A stretch of 64,000 nucleotides of DNA, from positions 9,656,240 to 9,720,239 of the forward strand of contig OZ199840.1 in the NCBI GenBank assembly GCA_964304625.1, in the 5' to 3' direction. The notes beneath the pieces were generated by a model. The model worked only from the letters and a program-made list of their open reading frames with translations, was not told where the DNA came from and did not search any database. Shown one piece after another: positions 50,082 to 63,838 of this stretch. Positions within the stretch are counted from its first letter, which is position 1. Each line of letters starts with the position of its first letter. Made by a program: the position numbers and the translations under genes. The DNA is from Kudoa neothunni (lineage: Eukaryota; Animalia; Cnidaria).

Positions 50082-53000
50082 TGAAAAACCAGGTCACCTT
50101 TGGATCAATCTTGCTTTCGAATGTCAGCGCATCTGTCCCCACCTAAATAATTATTTGTTTATTTTGACTCTATGCTGCATCTTTTCTATCTATTATTATC
50201 TACTACAATATTGGTTAGATAATAACTTCATCCCTGATCAACGAATATACTACTAAATATATTGATACTGTTAAAAATAACATTAAACTTACATTTTAGA
50301 GGATTAATCCCCAATGTGGGTGTTGATCACACTTCAGCTTAACTAATTTAAATAAATAGACCACACAAAGATAATCCTGTATGTTTATTTGTTGGGTTTG
50401 TTGATTGTTTTGAATTATAGATTTTTTTAAATTGGGAACAAATTTTTTTGCTATGGATCTTAAATCATTAATATAATATTTTAATTATGAAATTTTACTA
50501 TAAATTTACTGCTCACGCATAGCAAATTCTAATTCATAATGAATGAAATAATCAAATTCAATCACAGGGTAATATTTGATTATTTATAATCCGATTTGTA
50601 TCCTTATATTATTAGCGATCAAGCATTCTCCTAACTATAAATCAAATATGAGTCAATATATTTTAACTATTGTTGCCTAAATAAGTTTATGTTTCGTAGT
50701 CTTTGATGTTTATTTTATGTTTTATTGAAGATTAAAATTAAACACAGTTCCCTAACCTAACCTACCTTACTAAGTGTTTAACTTATTGGACTGTTTATGG
50801 AGCTACGCACTTATGTAGCTTACGTAGTATTTTCTAGGCAAATAGCAACTGTCATCATGCGTCAATTTCATAAAATCTAGCTGATTGAATTAATGCATTT
50901 ATAATATTGTTTAGTTATTTCGTGGTTTTTCATAATTATTGGGGGAACATATCGTCCATATGGTAATTAGAAATGTTTATTTATTTATTTCATGTCTAAA
51001 TATCAAGAAATATGATTTGATTTTATTGAAGAACTAAATAATAATTATTTTCATAAAAATGATAACTTATATAATTTTTTAAGATTATTTAATTAAAACA
51101 CTTATCAAATATAATATTGCCACATGACAATAAGCATTAACCTTCTGTTCAAAACTTTAATGATTACAAAAATCACGAATTACATTTATTTATAAAAATT
51201 ATAGATTTTAATTTAAAATTTATTCTTTCTGTATAAATAAAATAATAAGTATAAGTGAATTTAGTGGAAAGAAATTCCCTGTTGATTTTTCGAAAAAATT
51301 CAAATCATGTTACATTTTTAAAACGGAATAATTTTGGTAATCGTCACATAACCTACATTATAATTTTTAATTTTTAAAGTAATTAATATTTATCGCGTGG
51401 AAAGATCGATCGTCGTCGTTCTGTTTATTACTCAAGATTTTCTCTGCGTTTTAAAAAGATACAACAATAATTTTCTTATTTAATGTATTAAAAAATAATT
51501 CAAACTTTAAATTAAGGTAAAAAATATACAATGAGAAATAATAAAAAAAAATTTTATGTTGGCTTACGTTAAAATTCGGCGCACAAGAGTTATTGAAGCT
51601 TCGCAATAAAGCGTAAAATAAGCATTGAGAACTTATTAATACAATGTGATTTTAAAATATGACTACATTTTTCCTATAATCGGTTTAAAAAAATTCCTTT
51701 TTACTCTAATAAATAAAAATTCCGATTTTTAGTAATTAATCTTTTTAAATATTTAATTCAGATAGCGATTTAACGGTAAATAGTTAAATGAATTTTTTAA
51801 ATAATAAAAAACTTTCAAATACCCATGTAATCATACCCGCGGAAAAATTTAATGATAATTAACATTCCAAAGACAAACTAATTTTAATTATTCACGATAA
51901 TCCCCTGCCAATATGGGATAAAACGTTCTAAACAATCATTAGATTCTTCCATATTATATTATTTTCCTCACCCCTCCCACATATGAGTACAACGCCACAA
52001 CCCTCCACAAAAAGAGATTGAAAATTGATTTATTTTTACTAAAATTACTTAACAAAGCATTCGATTTTAAGAAGAAAATCATTGTAAATCAGATAAACAA
52101 TACTGATTGCAAATTAAATATTTTCACATTTTTCTCGTCTTTTATTGACAATAATATTGTCAACCGAAACTCTTAATCAAACAAAAATATGCATCGATCA
52201 TTACATGTAATTCGACTAAATATATTAATATTTTATTGTAAAATTTTAGATACGCATAAGTGCGCATGCATGGAATATTGTATTTTGTAAATTTCTGTTT
52301 TAATCAGAAATTAAATATTAAATGAGGAAAGTAAAAATATGAATCCTTCTTTAACGTAAAGTTATTGTTTATATAATTTTTTAGTACAAATCAATTTTAG
52401 TAGAAGTATAAAGTCTAAAATAATTCAACATCAAAATAAAAAACTTAGTTTAAACACTAGTTAAGAATAACTTTTATTTTACTTTAAGTTTTTTTAACTC
52501 TGCCAGTACTGACTACGGTAGTCCAAGACCTCAAAATGACTATTTTGTTTCTACATTAATGTATGTTTGGTAATTTACTTTGAAAATTCTCAAGCTCCTA
52601 TATTAAGTGAGTTTCTAGCTGAAAATAAAATTTATAGTTTATCGGCTAAAGATTAACGCCTAAAATACGACTTAGTTTTTCAATTTTCATTTGATATTTG
52701 TTGTATTATTTTCTAAAGCTCGTGTATTTATAATAAATATTAATTTCTCTCATCAAAATCAAAATTTTTGATCCAAACTAAAACGCAAATCGTGAAAAGC
52801 AATATTTATTTTTGAATATAATCCACAATAAGATTAACGATAATTAATCCGATTAATTATTCAATTTGTTTTTGCTTTCGCATATTGGAGTAAAAATTTT
52901 TTTATAAATTCTTTATTTTTGCTGGGGTCTAATATGAGTTCTTAAAACAATATATGGATTTAGAAAACTCTTTAATTGCTAATATAAGGGTTGTAACCAA

Positions 53001-54381
53001 ATTCAATTAATGCGCGGTCAGCAATATAGTGATATCGCAGGTTTGAATTTCGGCCACGACCATTCATTCCATCTATCAGAAAATAAATACTATAATGAAA
53101 TATTCTATGCTTTTTTTCATATGTCATCAATTCACTTGTTAATAACACTAATCCTAAATTTTATTATATCACCGACTATTACCGAGGGAATGTCTACACT
53201 CAAATATATGTATTTGGTGTTTACTGCGTAAATGTTCATCCATCTTATTTGATGATGAAAATCAACATTATCGATTTTTTAAGGAGTGTAAAATATAACT
53301 TTGTGTCTTTAGTTTAACATTATATTAATAATGTTGCTGATAAATGAATTCATGTAAATAACTCCAGATACGGCACTCTGCTGTATATTTGCTAGGGAAT
53401 TGTTTTCAATATATAAAATTGAGATAAATTGAATAAGCATAAAGCTTATTTTGTCTGGGGTCAAGAAATACCTCAGCCCGTGCATGGCGCATGCGTTTTA
53501 TTTCGGAAGTTAATGTTAATGTTAATGTAGGGGAGGTTAAAAACAGTGAAATATAATTCTTAATAATTCCACCGATTTTAAAATAATTTATAACTTTTTA
53601 GGTTTGAATACAAATGATTTTAATTTTATAATTTTATATTGAATATTGAATGAAAAAGACAAAAATAATAATTATTATTCATATATTAATAAATAGAAAT
53701 AGAAATAATACATTGGAAACAAATTAATTTTCAACAAAATTCGTTGAGGGATAATTTATTTATCAGACTCATTTTAGTTTCGATTTCGCACGAATCGAGC
53801 GTGATATATTCTCCAGATAGATTCCGATTACTTAGAATTGTTTCATTGTGTAAAAAACATGCTTGGACGTACAATTTTTTGGTTAACTCAAAATATGAAT
53901 CTCAGACTCTCAGTAATTGTCTCCCAGACCCCCGATCTATCCTACCTATCCTATGTTTGACATCGAATGTAAAGTTTCCTTAAATTAAATATTTATACTC
54001 AATTAATTGATGTATATTTTTATTCTAAAATAAGACAACAAAATCATAGTTAACTGCTTGGTTTAGCTTCTTTTATTTACTTCCGAGAAGCCGTGGGACC
54101 AAATTCCTGCGGAAACGTAAGGATTATCGTCAGAAACAGCAATGAATTTAAAATACTAAACGCATCACAAAGTAAATATCTATCGAATTTAATTAAGTAT
54201 ATCCTAAGTTATCTATCCAACTAGTGATTGAATGAGCACTGATTTTTTAATGGAGAAAATAAACTGGAAACTATTATGTAGAAATTTTTTAGTTTCTCAT
54301 GTAATTTAAGAACTTGAACAAAATTTAAGTGATTACAATTGATAATAACTAAGCAATTTGCAGCTTTCACATCAAATAATA

Positions 54382-56705
54382 TCATTCAAACAGTAACAGT
54401 GTATTTTTAACATTCTAAACAAATAACTGACTATTGAATTAAGGCTAAGGAGGAAAGTTATCACTCGATTGAGTACTCGGGGTATGTTCTGAAGATGGCA
54501 GAGGGATAGAATTATTAAGAGTGAATTGCGTATTCTGAGCCAAAAACACCCTAACAACAGAATGTCTAAATCTTGCTTTTCTAAATCAAGAAGCATGATA
54601 AGGAGAAATGGATTCAGCCAAAAATATTACTCCAAATTTCGAAGCCATTTCAGTACCTCGATTTTCGAGTTACAGAACAAAATAACTGCAGGTTTCAAAA
54701 CTAATGTCATGAGATTTATCAAAACCACAGTAACAAAATTATATCACTTTTGGTATATGTCCTCAAGGGTTGTTGTTTAAAAATACCAAAGTTGTTCGAA
54801 TATTTCGGAAGAAGAATAAATCCATCCTTGATATATATAATATATAATATAACAGATGTATTTGGACAATGTAGATTACTTGTTTGTCCGCATCATAAAC
54901 ACAATATCTAATTTTCTCCAATGGAATCAAATACTTGGGATTTATAGCCTTTTTAATGACTTTAACAGCGGCGCATTATTTATTAATTACCTCTTCGTTG
55001 GGAAAGATATAAAGATAATAGCTGGTAAGTATAGCATATGATTTCTTTTCTAAAATAATAAAAAATATCATAAATAAATAAATAAATCCAAGAATTGTTC
55101 CTATATACCGAATGCATTGAGATAACCTTGATATATAATAACTTCCTCGAAAATGTTGCAATTATTTGTGGTTGGTCTATTATCATTCCCTTCAAAAATC
55201 ACCTTTCTATTCACATCTTTATACAGATCCTAATTTTTCAAGTTGAATCATTGATTTGATATACACCAAAATATAATATTACTTTAATTAAAGTCATATC
55301 AAACACACTCAATTGATAATCCATTGTTGCTTGCTTAAGGTATTCCACCATGGTCAACTATTCATATCCATGGTGAAAGAAATACTTTACAAATTTGTTA
55401 CCCTAGGAAGCAACCCATTGGTATGGAGAGATAGGTTCAAAAACATTGTCGAATAAAACAAATATTCAACATTGTCTATTTGATTGATTAACAAGTCTAT
55501 TAACTATTTATTAGATTTCTCACTTAAACCAATATCAGATCTATAAAAATTTTGGGAGTGATATCGGTTGGAGATCATTTTGATAATTTTTTCGCATTGA
55601 TGATGATCTCTAGGTATGTGTACGAATTCGGCCACCAATCTATTGATGCGTAATATAAGGATAAATTTATGTGCACACTATATGATAAAAATAAGGCTTA
55701 CCTAAGAACCTCTGAAGGCAGCATGTGTTGGAAGTCGAAAAAATGAAAATATAAGTTTGAATAGTTATCATTGGTCAATTTTCTAGATTTATGATCAAAT
55801 ACTTTAATACTAGTCAATTTAATTACTCGGCACATATAAAGTCTGTAAATTTATGTTTATCAAAATATTGTTCACTCAGATAGATTAACGAAGGCACTGA
55901 CACAGGGAATTCTTTTATTGAAACCCATTGTTCACTTAGATCCTTCATTCGAGCTATCGCCTATTTTATTAGAGTTTATTAGAATCGGTTAGTCAATTGT
56001 GTGTAGGTTTACATTTTCGGGGTCTATTGAAAATAAAATGACTATATTTTCAAAATTCGCTTCACAATTATTGTAGATTTTATCGCTAAACATGTTCCGC
56101 TGTTTTTCCAACATATAAACAATAAATCATACGTCAGATCATCATTGTTGTAGTATTTTTCATCTATTGGTTTGATGTTGGAATTGTTTCGACAGAACGC
56201 ATGGAAACAATTGAAAAGCCCTAACATCCTTATAGACAGCAGAGAGGATTTCAGCCAGTGGGTGTTAACAGAATTCTTACTTTATGAAATTCAGGGTTAA
56301 GCCTCTAAGAGGATTGTAACGTAATTTTTAGTAACCTCTGATTTAGTTAAACAAATAGGTTCACTTCTGGAGTATTGTAGTTTAGCTGTATTATCTATAA
56401 TTTGAACATAAACGTCATTTTTATAGTTTAAAATCGCACAATACAGGAATCAATTGGGCGAAAGTTAGTTCACTGAGTGGGGATTTTAATAATACCCTTG
56501 CATTAGATTATGATAATAAAAACAAAAAAAATTAATTATACATGTTTTAACTGTAAGATCTTCAGGAATTTGTTTTTTATTGAATTTCTGGTTGTTTTTT
56601 CCTGTGTTTGGCTAATTTCACAATGATTATAGTGGTGTTAATCGGAAGAATCAGTCGAATCAACAAACTTGTGCAAATTACTCATGGAAAATTTGTGAAT
56701 TCATC
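54382..56705 (-). CDS. Cytohesin-like Sec7 + PH domain protein (divergent ArfGEF); multi-exon, 5' end uncertain
   Basis: Spliced exons give FDFQHMLPSEVLR|LVAEFVHIPRDHHQCEKIIKMISNRY, YLFYSTMFLNLSLH and IK|DLYKDV (Sec7), then YQGYLNAF|EKKSYAILTSYYLYIF..PKYLIPLEKI..EVLKWLRNL (PH). Confidence 0.8.
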
Positions 56706-56863
56706 TGTTTAACATGGTTTTGAGTAAAATAAAATCATATATTTATAAATGCTTCCCGATCAACCATCACTTGTTTAGCTACTGTTATGTTCTAGAGTGG
56801 TCACTACCTAGCCTTTTCATTTAATTCTTAATACATAAAATACAACAAATTTTATTCCTCTAA

Positions 56864-57070
56864 TTAGTTTAAGGAAATATTATAAATAAAATGAAAATAG
56901 ACATTGAGAGGTTTAGTAGCCCAATAATAGTAAATACAATAATCCTTTTGATGCCGAAAAAGGAAATCTTGTGTGAACAAACATACATCTAATAACACCA
57001 AAATAATAATAGAAACAACGAAGAAAAACTTATTAAAAATATTATAAGCTAATTTACCAATGCTTTTCAT
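56864..57070 (-). CDS. Possible small membrane protein, or first exon of the adjacent gene
   Basis: ATG ORF with a hydrophobic helix FFFVVSIIILVLLDVCLF. Linkage to the Sec7 gene is unresolved. Confidence 0.25.
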   Translation of the reverse strand: MKSIGKLAYNIFNKFFFVVSIIILVLLDVCLFTQDFLFRHQKDYCIYYYWATKPLNVYFHFIYNISLN

Positions 57071-57779
57071 TTAAAACAAAATTTCATCTAACAAAGCTGC
57101 AAGTAAACTACGTCCAGAATAGATTTTCGTTGTAATCCTCTACTTGAAGATGATATGGTATTAGATTGATTATCTATCAAAATTAAGTTAATTAATTATG
57201 GAAAGACGCAATAATAAATTTATTTTATATGTCTTAAAATATGTTTTAAAGCGGAATTATGTTATAAGCTTTTTTCGTTAGAATGTTATCGTAATGTCAA
57301 ATAAAATATTACCTGACAGTGACATAATATGTTTGATATCAAGTAAATAAGATAGGAACAATTATCTGGTATTTGTTCTTAATGCAATTAAATAGAGTCA
57401 ATTTAAAAAGCTGTATATGACGTTTTCATTTAAATCTAACAAATGGGTCAGTATATATAACTTATGGTAGGTCAATTATTGCATGTTTCAATTTTGTGGT
57501 TATTAAAACTTACAAACATGTTTTCTATATTTAAACAAATTTTGTTATAACATTCAGAGAAAATTTTTGAAATGGTGGCAAAATAACTGCACGAACCCGT
57601 AATGGAAGATAAATCATGTAAAGTCAAATATTTTAAAACTCCACCTTTTCTATATCAATATTACCCAGAAAACTAAATTAACCTTAATAAAAGGTTGTTA
57701 AGGTCTGCATTCTTTCCATATTAATTAAATAAGAACCCATTACTTATTGTTTTTATTGTAAAATGTATATTACGAAAAT

Positions 57780-59049
57780 GATAAAGGAATCGGGATGTTG
57801 CATAACAACAGATCTTTCAAAGTTGAGTAATACCACAAATACTTATTTTATCCTTTTTTTGTTTAATATTTGTTTCAAATAATTTCCATTAATTGTATTC
57901 ATGATGAAATCGTTTAAAAAATAATACTTTTAAATGATAAATGGTATACGGTGCTAGATTTTTATTGAACTAGGGATAATTGTGAAGTTATTAATAACCA
58001 TTCTTGAGGGTATAAATCCGTGCGTGCACTGCTATTTTCATCCATTGGCAATAAAAACATTTCCTAAAAAAAGAAAACCATCACCTGATAAGTGTATCAT
58101 TTTCATCATTCACAATCGGAATAATGAAATGACAATCTTAAGAGAAGATGAATATTATGTTCTTGTGAGAATTCATGGGAAACCTTTTAGAAGTTATCAA
58201 AATTATATTCCAGCATTAATGATTGAAAAGTTTTGATCCGAATAATAAATATTAAAAAATAGAGCCTTTGTTGAATTATTATGCTTTAATAGTTAAAATA
58301 TGAAATTTAATTTAAAAAATATTAATCTAAATTAAGATATTCTCTATTTAGATAATGAAAAATAATTCGATATTAACGACTGATCAAACAACAATAAAGA
58401 TTACACAAACATATTGTGTAATTATGTTTATTTTTCATGAATTAATATCCATAAAAGAAAATTCGTTTCTGAAAGATTGTTATAATTTTTAATCATTCTT
58501 AAGAACCATTAAATTAATTTTTAATACATTGTCTAGTTAATAATCACTTCTTAGGATCAAGATTAGAAGAGAATTTACTAAATAACACCCAATAATTGCT
58601 TTAATAAATAGAGCGTTTCGAATAGAAATATTTATAATACTAAAAATACTTACATAACTATAATTAAAAACAAATTTAAATTAGAAAGTGTTATGAGTAT
58701 GGAGGAATTTTTAATATTCTATATTTCTGAACAATAGCTATTAATAATGATTAACTGTTAATTTTTTTAGAGATAATACCATGCCAAAAATAAAATAAAC
58801 ATTTAAATGCACGAATTGTAATCTCTATTCATATAGCTTCATAGTGAAATATGGAAACCAGTGAATAAACATGAGGATTATGTTGTTGACTTCACCATCA
58901 TATGCGATTAGAAGAAAAATTGGGTTTTATAATTTTGGAAAAAATTTTAAAGTGTTCCCTATAAGAAGCGCAAATAAGATTATTTAAACTGTCTCCCAAC
59001 GAAAAAAGTCATAAAAAACGCTAAAACCGGTTTAGTCACACGCTCCACA
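57780..59049. mobile_element. Long-TIR element copy C (truncated, more diverged)
   Basis: Matches core 4255-5040 and one TIR, ending GTCACACGCTCCACA|AT. Confidence 0.85.
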
Positions 59050-59728
59050 ATTTCCCAAATATTCATGATTTCGTCATGACGGATATTTAAAATAATCTGA
59101 TATGGGTAATTATATAATTTACCCTATTGTAAAGTCAAAAGAATTGTTAATCAATTATGGTACATTATTGCGAATTGCTGTTGATAAACCATTTGTCAAT
59201 GTGTTATCCGCAGATATGATGGATAAGATATGATAATTATCTCAATCCAAAGGTTGCCAATGAATATTTATTAATTTCATGAATAGAAATCAAACGTCAT
59301 CAATTTTCGGCACCCGTATAAGATTATAGCCGCGAAGCTGAAGTAAATACCTTCAATTCGCGCAAACGTTCGACCAACAACACATTATTGGTTACGCAAT
59401 AACATGAAGATTTCTGATAGATTTATTTAAATTTTATTTTTTTGTAATACGTAACACACTTCACAATTTTAAGAGGCGACAACTAAGTCAAATAGTCCGC
59501 AACAAAATTATATCTCCAAAAATCTCACTATTATAAAATAATTTGGTTCAATTTATTTGAACTTTCAAAAAGAAATTATTTCAAGTGTCGTGATATTTGC
59601 AATAACTTTATCTATTGACTTAATATATGAAAAACACCGACCATATCCGAACGAGATTAAACCAGGGGTTACCGTGTGGGTTTTTCTATTTTTTACAGCT
59701 CTTTGTAGGGTTTTGTTGGACGTACACA

Positions 59729-61205
59729 ATGAAAAAATCCCGATCAAAGAGACCTAAACCATTGATTGATGTTGAGAATTTGGATTCTATATTTTCCACT
59801 GAGTGGAATGTCAGCTGCGATGGAGTTGATTCAGAAATAAATTTCACCGATTACAAGGATGATACAAAGCCCGACACTAATTTTAAGATTAAACGAAAAA
59901 GAACTGACAACCGTGAAGTGTTGAAAGAATTAGCAAGTCTGATTCCAATGCATGGGATTTGTCCTACCAAGTGTGCTGAAAGTACGCTAATGGCTGTTAT
60001 GGATTGGGCCGGCTCTAAGATTTCACTTTAGGTTGTCCCTAATAATGCACACGGAGCTGACACATGTTTATTGTTGAACTACGCATCCAACTATATACAA
60101 GTGAAGATGTTGTTGAATGGTCCACGGCTCGATACCCTAGCCACCATTCCTACCCGCATAGATGATTCACCCGAATAAAATCACCTATTTAATATCTCCA
60201 ACGCGCTACTTATTGTCATATCCAGTTCGCTACAATGTTTATACATATCGATGAATGTGCACAATATGATCGGCCTAACTCAAGCGTCAATTATTGGCAA
60301 TAATGTGGTGGATATTATTCATCCCAATTGTGTGGCCAATCTGTTCAATGATGAAAATGTCAGTCCCTGTACATTAAACAATGCGCCTCCACTATTTGTC
60401 GATGAACAGACCAGCAGTCCGCATCCAATCTCTTCAATGTGTGGCAAAACTATAAGCGCCAACCATCCTTACCAACATCTCACAAGAAATTGCACTGAGA
60501 TCCGTCTCAAAAGCTACATCACCGATAGTAGCACCTATTTCGATAAACAAGGACCCTATTGCTACAAGAAAATGCATCTTATTTATTCGATCCACGAAAT
60601 CCCCTGTTTGATTTCAGGTCACACTTCAACCGATCATCGATTAGGCAAAAGATATTTGGTTGGTTTGTTGTTGCCTTTCAATGGAATACCACTCAACCCC
60701 ACTCCTAATTGTGTTGGTGTTAAATCGGCCAATTTTGTTAGCTATCATCGACAGTGTTTATCACTGGCTGAGGTTTCTGAGTATTTTTATGTCGGTGTGA
60801 AATTTATTGATATTGGTTGATCAGAAATAATATCAATATCACCACTGATAACACTCTCTCATGGTATGGTGTCATCGAGCCTTCATACCTGAAATGTCTA
60901 CGTGATTCCACACCAAAAAGTACACCACTAAATGTATGCAGTGGTTTGGTGGTGATAATTTTGTTGTTATTAGTTCTAAAAATGGATTCGCTTCTAACAC
61001 TATCTATTTCTATTGAAAATTCCCACATCCAAATTGCTACCAAAGGCCAACTTGTGAGTGCAAAAGTTGTCAGAATAAACCTTGTTTATATATTTTGCTA
61101 TCACATGAAGTGATTACCATTAGTGGAAAGTGGTTGTTGATTTGAATGTGTGTTGGTTTACTTTTGGCTAGGGATCAATCGTTAATAAGCAGAACATGGC
61201 CGTGA
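59729..61205 (+). CDS. Class I bHLH-PAS transcription factor (HIF-alpha/SIM/trachealess-like); in-frame TAA at 60176-60178
   Basis: bHLH REVLKELASLIP..DTCLLLNYASNYIQVKMLL; PAS-A LYISMNVHNMIGLTQASIIGNNVVDIIHP; PAS-B FVSYH..SWYGVIEP..YIFCYH. Inferred introns fall at the same positions and phases as HIF1A introns after helix 2, twice within PAS-B and after PAS-B. Confidence 0.75.
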
Positions 61206-61748
61206 AAAATCCCATTCAAAACCCTATCAATGAACGCATTCCCTATGTACATCCAAGCGATAATGACCAATTTATTTTATCTTCCTCTAATTGTGTATTC
61301 AAATTTTTTATTTTCCCTTTTGTGAAAAGTACGTGACCCTCATTTTTATGGTCCTTTACTATTTGCTGCTTTTTCAAGATACCGACCATTCCCGTCAATT
61401 GGACATTATCTGGATATTTATCTGGATATTTGGATATTGGATTGGAAACTTGTGTAGTTTTTGATTGCCTTGTTAATATTATATTTTTGCGATAATGCCC
61501 TTGTATATTGTTTTGTTTGAATTGTAGTTCTCTTTCATTTTCTTCTATGCGTATAAGTTAATACATAGATTTTTTTGGAGGGGTTTAAATTATATCAGAG
61601 TATTAATTATTTAACAGATGGTCTACAAAAATTGGAGGTAGTTATGTAAGAAACGGCGTCTAAAATTCAACATAATTTAGTGATTGCCTCACAAATCGGT
61701 TTTATGCGCGCATAAAAGTTAAATATTTGAATTTCTCCCTCCATTTTA

Positions 61749-63838
61749 GAATCGGTGGTGCATTCGAATGCTTGCGCAGAAGTAACGTCACGTTCCATAT
61801 AATTTCCCCGAATTTCATACCTTCTCGCTCTATATCTAATTCATAAATATTACCAAATAATGCACTGATAAATGTTTTAGTTTCGTGAATTTTTACACAA
61901 AGATTAGATGATTCTAATGTTCGTTATGATAGCGTATTCATTTAAATGTCAACATAAAAATACAAAATGACAAATGGGTTGTTAATTATTATACTATTGT
62001 TAACTGTAAAAACATCATTTAATTTTTTAATATATTATTTATTTATGATAAAAAATTTTGTAACGCGTGTAAGGTTTATTTGAATACAATTACAATTGCT
62101 CATGTATAAATTTATTATGTAATTAACAACAAATATACAATTACATGTTATTATGAAAAATTATCGTATGCATAATACATTAATTATCGTATCTTTAAAA
62201 TGTTCAATTTTATGAATTTTAGAATGACTATGTTTTTTACTAATTTAATCAAATAATTTAAAAACAATTATGAAATAAATATGCTTTAAATTTGTGTTCA
62301 GTTATCCTCGTATAAACAGCTTTATTTATTTATTTATTTATAATATATAATTATAATATTAACATAAGCATAACATTGCATACAAATATGATATGTATTT
62401 CAAATGATTTGTCAATAATTGTTTTTTAAGAAATAACAGTATAAATTCATAAAACGAGGCATAATTAATCTCTGTGTATTAATTATAAAAGATTTCCAAA
62501 TCGATATTTCACTTAGGAAAACTACTTTACGACAAAACACCTGCTTATAAAGCAACTATGACAAAGGTCTTTAACACTGGTAAAATATATAAGATTCCTT
62601 CAAATAAAGAAGACCTTATAATTTTTTTGATTGGGTTTAATCATTTAAAAAAACAGAAGTGGCATTTCCACAAAATGTACTACTGGTTGCATAATTGCAA
62701 TAATTCATTTATCCAATCGGATTTACGCATAGGATCCATTGCAAATCTTGTGGATAGGAGAGAGAAATTTAGATTCCTTTGTGGAGAAATCCTATTACTT
62801 GTATTCTCAACCAATTATTTCAATCCTATATAATTAATCATTAGGACCTGGAAAGATTATTGAGATAGATGAGTCCAAATTTGGAAAACGGGAATATGAT
62901 CGTGGTCGGAGGATAGAGGGGCATTGGGTTTTTGATGACATTGAACGTGAAACCAATCGAATTTTTGCTATCCCTGTAAAAAAAAGGAACAATTTTAATT
63001 GCTTACGTTGATTAAAAAATACATATTGCCAGGTATTTTTATGGGGACCAAGACCAAGAAAATAATCAAATTCAGGGACAACAATATTTATGGATACAGC
63101 ATCGAACTGTAAATCACAGCAAGTGTTTCGTTGCTAAAGATGGAACGCATACCAATACAATTGAATCTACCTGGCGACAATTTAAATTATCTTTCCCATT
63201 AAATGGAACCAGAAAATATATGTATAGGAGGTTATTTTTACATATAATTGGAGATTATATTTATTTAAATTTGTTCTAGTTATTTCGATAAATATATGTT
63301 CATTAGAAAATATATTAAAAATAACAAAGACCCATTTTTGGTAAAGTTATATTAAATTTTTATTGTATCATAGTATAGAGCAAATGAAAAAACAACAACG
63401 CGTCTGCGAACAGGGGGAAATTAAACTTATTAAATATTCCAACTTTAATTTATCATATTATTCTTATAATTTATCCTTTCAATTAGTTTGATGCATTTTA
63501 CATTCAATTATAAATGTTTGAACAAATTACATGATCGTTAGAATATAAAAACATGATTTTAATAAAAAAACGTATTATACGTAATAGTAGATTATACTGT
63601 ATGGTAAAAAGTGCAACAACAATGTGACTAATTAAATTTAAAATAAATTCTAAAAGTTTATTGTTATCCTTTTCGAGCGTGGTTAGTTAAATGGCGCATT
63701 AGTAATACTAAAGATGTGAAATGATGAATAATTAGGACTGTTGACGGATTGTGGTGTAGTGTATGCGCAAGACGAAGAATCTAGTACATAACCTTAGTTA
63801 ATTTATTTGTACGCGTGCGCACAAGGTACCACCGATTC
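61749..63838 (+). mobile_element. Merlin (IS1595/ISXO2-like) transposon, decayed; transposase about 62560-63245
   Basis: GPGKIIEIDESKFGKREYDRGR..WVF..IER, ILPG and HRTVNHS..FV..DGTHTNTIESTW; putative TIR GAATCGGTGGT at 61749 and its reverse complement ending at 63838. Confidence 0.85.

Noticed and set aside
60029-60178. Alternative genetic code (TAA/TAG read as sense) suggested by two in-frame stops in the bHLH-PAS gene
   Set aside because: The TAG is the acceptor of a plausible 36-nt intron. PepT, ALG11, PTRHD1 and saposin paralog 2 terminate at TAA/TAG and contain none internally.
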